DNA from: a virus
Lineage: Duplodnaviria > Caudoviricetes
Strand: one strand, 5' to 3'
Virus record (IMG/VR): IMGVR_UViG_3300017912_003721
Coordinates: 1 to 40,337 of that record
Length of the DNA: 40,337 nt
The position numbers and the translations under genes were made by a program. How positions within the stretch are numbered: position 1 is the stretch's first letter; each line of letters opens with the position of its first letter. Under the pieces are notes generated by a model. It was not told where the DNA came from, ran no database searches, and saw only the letters and a program-made list of their open reading frames with translations. Shown piece after piece: positions 34,925-40,337 of this stretch.

Positions 34925-36278
34925 TCATCAAATCATCATAACGAGCAGATAACATCTGTTTCGTCTGATTATCCCTATTTCGTATCTTCTGTTGAACTTC
35001 CTTACCTTGATTAGATGTAGATTCAAATATCTCTATCTTACCTATGTTGGTATTTATCTTTGCTGGAAATGTCAAACCATCAGGACCAAATCTATTCTTG
35101 ATCACATGGAATCTACCTGTATTACCTATCTTATCCTCTACTTTACGAGACAAGGACATTACGAAGTCGGCTGTCATAACCTTTGCATAACTTTCTGCTA
35201 CCTTCGTTGCTTCTATCACATCTTCATCTAAAGCACTTCTGTTTGCCTGACTTGCCGTCCATATCGGAACCTGTAATTCACCAGCCAAACCTCGTAAGTC
35301 CTCGTAAATATTTCCAAGAGCATGTCGCATCTCTTGAGCCTTACCCACATCTCTCATGATGTCAGCATAATCCACCAACACCATGTCTATTTGATTACCA
35401 AAAGATGTTACCTTTTTCAGATGAGCACCCAACGTGTTTACTGTACAAGTTTTTGTTGGATAATACTTTATCGTAAGTTTACCATCAAGATCAAATATCT
35501 TTTCTTGTACATCTTCTTTATGATATTTTAGATTTTGATTCTCTACACCACTGAATATACTATCGTATCTCAACCCCACATAAGCCTCATTCAACTCTAA
35601 GGTGTAGTGAACAACATTCTTTTTCTGAGATAGAGCATAAGCACCCATGGCACTCAACACCCAAGATTTACCAATACCAGCTGGTGCTACAACAACACCA
35701 AGTTCACCAGCACCTAACCCACCTTGCATCAGTTCATTCATCAAATCCCAAGGTGTTGGTGTAGTGACACGAGCAGTTTCAGAATATCTTTCTTCAAAAT
35801 CTTGTAGATAGTCATGTCCTATATCTCTTTCAGCTCCAGCTTTCATAGCATCATCAATAATTACCTTTATCTGTTCTACATCACCATCTACTTCTAATAT
35901 TTGTGCTGATCTCAATATCGCATCTTTCAATACTTGTGTCTTGTGGAAGTCAAGAGCTTTGTCTTTGATATAATCTAACTCTTCTGACTCCAAATATTTG
36001 ACCACCTCACGTAAGGTATCAAGGATATTTTGTTTAAGTAAGTCGTTATCCACTTCACCGACCTGAACCTTAAACACATCCATTGTCATCACTTTTTTAT
36101 ACTTAGAATAATGTTCCTTTATCTCCTTGACTAACCATTTGAAAGCATCATTACCTAAATATTTTTCATCTAATATATCATATATTTGTTCTAAAAATAA
36201 CTTATCTGTAATCAGACATACGATAAACTTTACCTGAAAGTTAAATCCGTATTCCGATATATTTTTTTGTTCACTCAT
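34917..36278 (-). CDS. replicative helicase (DnaB/gp41-like)
   Basis: APAGIGKS, YTLEL, VDYAD, WTASQANR, KNRFG. Confidence 0.95.
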   Translation of the reverse strand: MSEQKNISEYGFNFQVKFIVCLITDKLFLEQIYDILDEKYLGNDAFKWLVKEIKEHYSKYKKVMTMDVFKVQVGEVDNDLLKQNILDTLREVVKYLESEELDYIKDKALDFHKTQVLKDAILRSAQILEVDGDVEQIKVIIDDAMKAGAERDIGHDYLQDFEERYSETARVTTPTPWDLMNELMQGGLGAGELGVVVAPAGIGKSWVLSAMGAYALSQKKNVVHYTLELNEAYVGLRYDSIFSGVENQNLKYHKEDVQEKIFDLDGKLTIKYYPTKTCTVNTLGAHLKKVTSFGNQIDMVLVDYADIMRDVGKAQEMRHALGNIYEDLRGLAGELQVPIWTASQANRSALDEDVIEATKVAESYAKVMTADFVMSLSRKVEDKIGNTGRFHVIKNRFGPDGLTFPAKINTNIGKIEIFESTSNQGKEVQQKIRNRDNQTKQMLSARYDDLMSD

Positions 36279-37330
36279 TGATTATTCCAATAATGATTTA
36301 ATTCCATAAACTCTGTTACCCAATTATCAAAGTTAGGTATCTGTCCCCATAGCTTGTCTTGAACCAATAACTTTTGTAGATTATACTTTACTATCTGTGG
36401 TTTCAAGTCTCGTATAGCATCTAATATTCTCAACTTCGCATGATTGTTTATATTTGGTTCTTTTAGTTGCATCAACAAATAGTTTCTTTTTACTATCAAT
36501 TCACTATCTGAGATCAGTTTTGATATCCTTGTTGATTTCTGTTTAGCAGAATCCAATAAGGTTTTTATGTCAAATGGTTTGTCCTCAGATAACTCAGGAT
36601 ATTCTTTCAACAAACTCTTAGTCCCCACACCTTTAACTCCAGGTATGCTATCTGATCTATCACCATCTATTACCCTACAAGTTAGAACGTTTTGTGGGTA
36701 GATTCCAAACTCTTTTCTCACCAATTCCTTATCATAGGTTATCTTCTTGGTAGGTGAATACATCTGAACCCTATCACTAACTAACTGATAGAAATCTTTA
36801 TCAGTGGACATAATGGTTATCTTAGAATCTTTCAGTGCTGTATTTGTGGTGTAAGCAATCACATCATCTGCTTCCAACCCATCAATAGATAATATAGTCA
36901 ATGGTAGATTTTCAATATACTCCACGAGTCTACTCAGTTGTCTTTTCATAGCCTCTGCTTCGTTTTGAACATTTATATCCCAATCCACCACACGATTCAA
37001 TCTAGTTCTTACTTTTCTACCACCCTTGTAACCATCGTATACTTTTTGTCTAGATTTAGAACCGTGTTTACCATCAAATACAATAACACATCTCGTTGGT
37101 TTGAATTTGTTTACAGCAAACCTAACTGATTTTAAGAATCCAATTAGTCCACCGACATGACTTCCATCTTCATTTAGTGATGGATTTATCGAAAAGGCTC
37201 TGATGAATGTATTCAACCCATCTATTAATAGAGCGTGGTCGTTAAGTTTTCGTCTAGTAGGCTCAGTAGATATTTCTTCTTTATACTCATTGAACCTTTT
37301 CGATAACAGGTTCTTGTTGGCTTTACTCAT
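36275..37330 (-). CDS. 5'-3' exonuclease/RNase H (T4 rnh / Pol I N-terminal-like)
   Basis: IDGLN, VFDG, YKGGR, EADD, STDKD, GDRSDSIPGVKGVG; start reassigned to MSKANK. Confidence 0.92.
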   Translation of the reverse strand: MSKANKNLLSKRFNEYKEEISTEPTRRKLNDHALLIDGLNTFIRAFSINPSLNEDGSHVGGLIGFLKSVRFAVNKFKPTRCVIVFDGKHGSKSRQKVYDGYKGGRKVRTRLNRVVDWDINVQNEAEAMKRQLSRLVEYIENLPLTILSIDGLEADDVIAYTTNTALKDSKITIMSTDKDFYQLVSDRVQMYSPTKKITYDKELVRKEFGIYPQNVLTCRVIDGDRSDSIPGVKGVGTKSLLKEYPELSEDKPFDIKTLLDSAKQKSTRISKLISDSELIVKRNYLLMQLKEPNINNHAKLRILDAIRDLKPQIVKYNLQKLLVQDKLWGQIPNFDNWVTEFMELNHYWNNQ

Positions 37331-38420
37331 CGGCGAATTCATCAGATGTAGTGACATCATCAATGCCAAGTTTACCTGAATCATATCGTAGAATCGAAGC
37401 CTCACAGATTTTATCATAGATATATTTCTGTGTGTCTTCATCAGCCATCAAAGAACCAAAGTCCTTAGATTGGAACTTATGTTCCTTTCCATCTTGGTCT
37501 TCTAGTGTATACCAAGCACCAGCTTGTTTGATCAACTTGTGACCTTTTAACACTTCCAACCAACTACCAAAATCATCAATACCTTTATCAAAGTATAGTG
37601 AAAAGTCAGCACTTCTCAGTGGTGGTCCTAACCTATTCTTGATAACTTGTGCTCGTATCTTGATACCGATTGTATTCTTCTTTGTGTCTTTTATCTGTCC
37701 TACATTCTTCAATCTAATACGAGTTGATGAGTGAAATGGTAGAGCTTTACCACCTGATGTTGTCCACGGATCACCGAACATAACACCAAGTTTCTGTCTC
37801 AACTGATTAGTAAAGATCAAACACACCCGTTGTCTAGCAATCAACTGTGTTATCTTTCTCATAGCCTTACTAATCACGATAGCCTTGGCAGTAGCCCAAC
37901 CATCTTTGTCGAAGTCAGCTTCCATCTCGACTTTGGTTGAAGCAGCTGCCAAACTATCCACGAGTATTGTAACCAATTTATCCTTATCGGATTCTCTGAT
38001 TTTAGCAACTATTGTTTCGATAGTATCAAATATCTCTTCAACAGTTTCCAAGTGGACATACAGCATATTCTCGGTATCGATTCCAATAGCCTGTAAGAAC
38101 TCACTTGATACGGCAGACTCAGTATCTATATAGACAGCAAGTCCACCTTTCTTTTGGGTGGCGGCAAGAGCATGAGCTCCGATCAGAGATTTACCACTAC
38201 CTTCAAGTCCATTTATTTCTGTGATTCTACCAGCGGCTAATCCACCATCTGGTCGATTTGATATAGCCAAATCCAATATGGTAGAGCCAGTAGAAATCCA
38301 ATCTGTTACATCAGTTGGTGTTTCTTGAACTCCATCAAGAAAATAAGCAACTTGATGTGATTTAGATTGTTTGTTTAATTCCGAAGCAATAACTTCGGCT
38401 AGTTCATCTTTCTTTGACAT
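37323..38420 (-). CDS. recA: RecA/UvsX recombinase
   Basis: ISTGS..LD, GRITEINGLEGSGKS, YIDTE, VDSLAA, FTNQLR, GGKALPF; start reassigned to MSKKDE after GGAGA. Confidence 0.95.
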   Translation of the reverse strand: MSKKDELAEVIASELNKQSKSHQVAYFLDGVQETPTDVTDWISTGSTILDLAISNRPDGGLAAGRITEINGLEGSGKSLIGAHALAATQKKGGLAVYIDTESAVSSEFLQAIGIDTENMLYVHLETVEEIFDTIETIVAKIRESDKDKLVTILVDSLAAASTKVEMEADFDKDGWATAKAIVISKAMRKITQLIARQRVCLIFTNQLRQKLGVMFGDPWTTSGGKALPFHSSTRIRLKNVGQIKDTKKNTIGIKIRAQVIKNRLGPPLRSADFSLYFDKGIDDFGSWLEVLKGHKLIKQAGAWYTLEDQDGKEHKFQSKDFGSLMADEDTQKYIYDKICEASILRYDSGKLGIDDVTTSDEFADE

Positions 38421-38429
38421 ATGTTCTCC

Positions 38430-38488
38430 AAAAACCGACAAGGGTAGCAGGCAAAAGGAGGAAAACCTACCACCCTTTTTATGTCGGT
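38430..38488 (-). other. long bulged RNA hairpin with an anti-Shine-Dalgarno loop and 3' U-tract (terminator-like or regulatory RNA)
   Basis: ACCGACA-TAAAA-AGGGTGGTAGGT-TTTCCTCCTTTT-GCCTGCTACCCT-TGTCGGT-TTTT; three G-U pairs form only on the minus strand. Confidence 0.7.
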
Positions 38489-38493
38489 GTTAA

Positions 38494-39240
38494 TTAAGAG
38501 TTAAATAACTTATCGAAGTCATCCTCTACATTAGAAGAAGCTTGAGTGGAAACCATTTCTGGTTCTTTCTCTGTAGTTTCTTCAGCAGCAGATGGATTTA
38601 GAAAGTTCTGTAAATGACCTTTCAACTCATCGAATGACGGCTCTGTGTAGAGTTCAATAATATTTGGTTGATTCTTTAGTAAGTTATCACTCAAATTTGC
38701 ATCTTCTACAAGTGCTGTTTGATTTGGTTTGACACGAATAGTTGTCTTCCCATATTGATTACCAGCTTCAGCAGCAGTTTGTCTCTCCACAACGATGTCT
38801 CTACCAGTCATTACATCTGATATATCACCATAGTCGGGATCAGCAATAATAGCAAGAAGTTCTTGATAAACTGTCTTACCAAATCCCCACCATTTTACAC
38901 CTTCGGATTCTTCTCCACGAACTATGACAGGAGCAAATGTCCTCATCTTAGGTTCGATTCTCTTACCTTGAATCCATTCATCTTTATCGCCAGAAGCTTT
39001 TAACTTATCAGCAAATTGTTGAACAGGATCAGGTCGTCCAAATGAAAGTGGTGAAAGTACTGTCTTCTTAGGAACAAGACTATAGTGAAAAAATAATTCT
39101 ACGAAAGGATTATCTTTGTTGTCAATATATGGCGTGATTCTAATCTGTGACTTTCCTGGTTGTGGTTTCCAAAAAGCGTTAGCTGTTGAGGAAGTATTCT
39201 GTAACTGATTCAAGCGTGATTTAATCGCATTAATATCCAT
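38494..39240 (-). CDS. single-stranded DNA-binding protein (gp32-like)
   Basis: FWKP, IRI.P, PF, F+GK.VY, DISD...GRD, acidic tail EDDFDKLFNS; lies upstream of recA; start at MDINAI by RBS spacing. Confidence 0.85.
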   Translation of the reverse strand: MDINAIKSRLNQLQNTSSTANAFWKPQPGKSQIRITPYIDNKDNPFVELFFHYSLVPKKTVLSPLSFGRPDPVQQFADKLKASGDKDEWIQGKRIEPKMRTFAPVIVRGEESEGVKWWGFGKTVYQELLAIIADPDYGDISDVMTGRDIVVERQTAAEAGNQYGKTTIRVKPNQTALVEDANLSDNLLKNQPNIIELYTEPSFDELKGHLQNFLNPSAAEETTEKEPEMVSTQASSNVEDDFDKLFNS

Positions 39241-39301
39241 TATCATTCTCCATGTTTATGTTGTTATTTATAGTTTATCTACTATAAATATTATATATAA
39301 T

Positions 39302-39330
39302 AATTTACATATAATATTTCTATTTGTCAA
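39302..39330 (-). promoter_or_regulatory. sigma70-type promoter TTGACA-N17-TAAATT for the replication operon
   Basis: TTGACA aatagaaatattatatg TAAATT; same hexamers as the promoter at 110..138. Confidence 0.75.
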
Positions 39331-39338
39331 GTAGTTTT

Positions 39339-39737
39339 TTAGATATTTATTATTTTTAGTATTCTCGTTGATATTCGGGACAACCCTTCCTTGTTCGTAA
39401 TCAGAATCATGTTCTTATACATCTCCCAAGGTAATTCAAATTTTGTATCCAACACACCGTTGTTTATCTCCATGATCAATTCATTCAGAGCATTTATCGT
39501 GTACAGTGTGTTTGTAATTTTTTTCCTATGTAGTGAAATGGTGTTCGCAACAGCATTGAAATCCAAATCTCTGTTCTTCTCTACATTATAAGTACAGATC
39601 AACTCATTATGTTTATCTTCATTCTGTAGAACATAAATCTTCTCATAGATAACATTGAACTTACTGCTAATGTCCATCAGAGTTTGATCTAACTTTTTGT
39701 TAGTGGTGAATGTACAGAGGAGTTGGGTATTCATCAA
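39339..39737 (-). CDS. hypothetical protein
   Basis: 132-aa ORF (NTISLHRKK..NTLYTINALN), coupled to the upstream gene. Confidence 0.75.
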   Translation of the reverse strand: MMNTQLLCTFTTNKKLDQTLMDISSKFNVIYEKIYVLQNEDKHNELICTYNVEKNRDLDFNAVANTISLHRKKITNTLYTINALNELIMEINNGVLDTKFELPWEMYKNMILITNKEGLSRISTRILKIINI

Positions 39738-40336
39738 GCGACGCCGTACCGAGCAACTAAATCATCTAATTCTTTTTGACGATTAGCTCTTTTTCTATCC
39801 GATAATTCTGGATCACTCAATTGAATTTTTAATATCTGAATTCTTTTTCTATCTAATATCTCATTGATTTCTTTTCTAGCTTCATCAATAACCTCTTCTT
39901 GATTTTTATCGTCTTCTATTGTGTTACCAAAATAATTTTGTGATTGAAATTCATTCGTCATATATTCATGATCTTGTTTTACAGGTCTTCTTTTAGCACC
40001 ACCTCTACTTCTACCAGCTTGAACGTAAATAGCCAATGTTTGGTTAAATGGTGGTAAATTATAGTTAACGTCTTCTATATTTTCTGGCAAATCAACACCT
40101 TTTTTTGCCCAAAAATCTTTAACTTTTTGATAGTAATCAGGATCTGGTTCTATACCTTTAGTTTTATCACCTTTTGTATACATGGTTACAGTTTTTGCAT
40201 CAGGATGAAAGTAATTATGTGCCTTCATCATAGCATTAGTTTCAACCGCATCTGCATCTCTGATTTGTTTTTCGTGATATGGTGGAACAGAACCATTTTT
40301 GACTGCATCTCTATGGTACTTTGTAATTAACCTTTT
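39734..40336 (-). CDS. hypothetical protein, C-terminal part (5' end outside the window)
   Basis: The frame stays open upstream of the track start at 40231 to the window edge (KRLITKYHRDAVKNG...ETNAMMKAH...). Confidence 0.7.
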   Translation of the reverse strand, partial: KRLITKYHRDAVKNGSVPPYHEKQIRDADAVETNAMMKAHNYFHPDAKTVTMYTKGDKTKGIEPDPDYYQKVKDFWAKKGVDLPENIEDVNYNLPPFNQTLAIYVQAGRSRGGAKRRPVKQDHEYMTNEFQSQNYFGNTIEDDKNQEEVIDEARKEINEILDRKRIQILKIQLSDPELSDRKRANRQKELDDLVARYGVA

Positions 40337-40337
40337 C

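Noticed and set aside
26354-38420. Inteins or introns in polB, nrdJ, helicase or recA
   Set aside because: Protein lengths and motif spacing are typical, with no splicing or homing-endonuclease insertions visible.
38453-38465. Plus-strand AAGGAGG as the RBS of an antisense gene
   Set aside because: No start codon at a usable distance, and the surrounding stem forms well only on the minus strand.
6379-40330. Plus-strand ORFs in the track (e.g. 15259..15729, 27110..27544, 6597..6926, 37885..38133)
   Set aside because: All are antisense shadows of well-supported minus-strand genes, with no recognisable motifs or RBS.
1-40337. Alternative genetic code (stop-codon reassignment)
   Set aside because: Long conserved genes are uninterrupted, and TAA, TAG and TGA all terminate genes at coupled junctions.
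1-40337. tRNA or rRNA genes
   Set aside because: Intergenic gaps are short and none shows a cloverleaf or T-loop signature.

Overview
A 40.3-kb fragment of a large, AT-rich dsDNA bacteriophage with a T4-like replication module, probably environmental. All credible genes are on the minus strand, are tightly packed and use the standard genetic code. In transcription order (right to left): two hypothetical genes, gp32-like SSB, RecA/UvsX, RNase H/5'-3' exonuclease, DnaB/gp41 helicase, an amino-type DNA methyltransferase, a B12-dependent class II ribonucleotide reductase, a complete TonB-dependent outer-membrane receptor, family-B DNA polymerase, sliding clamp, two clamp-loader subunits, a DUF1599-like protein, a ClpP-like protease, a Cas4-like nuclease and a SLOG protein. 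A ~20-kb glycan island follows, with about ten glycosyltransferases or GT-like proteins, Gmd, RfbH/E1, a PseB-like dehydratase, two RmlD-like reductases, a truncated UDP-glucose dehydrogenase, a 2OG-Fe(II) oxygenase and a MazG-like protein. Small ORFs and a catalytically degenerate HNH protein end the window. The most unusual signals are: (i) the class II RNR-TonB receptor pair, separated by a compact predicted H-type RNA pseudoknot; (ii) a G-U-rich hairpin between ssb and recA that displays an anti-Shine-Dalgarno sequence in its loop; (iii) a recurring ATA(T/C)TTAT intergenic motif alongside sigma70-type promoters; (iv) clamp-binding-like peptides on the polymerase, the methyltransferase and a small ORF. 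All assignments come from motif recognition by eye; no database searches were run.
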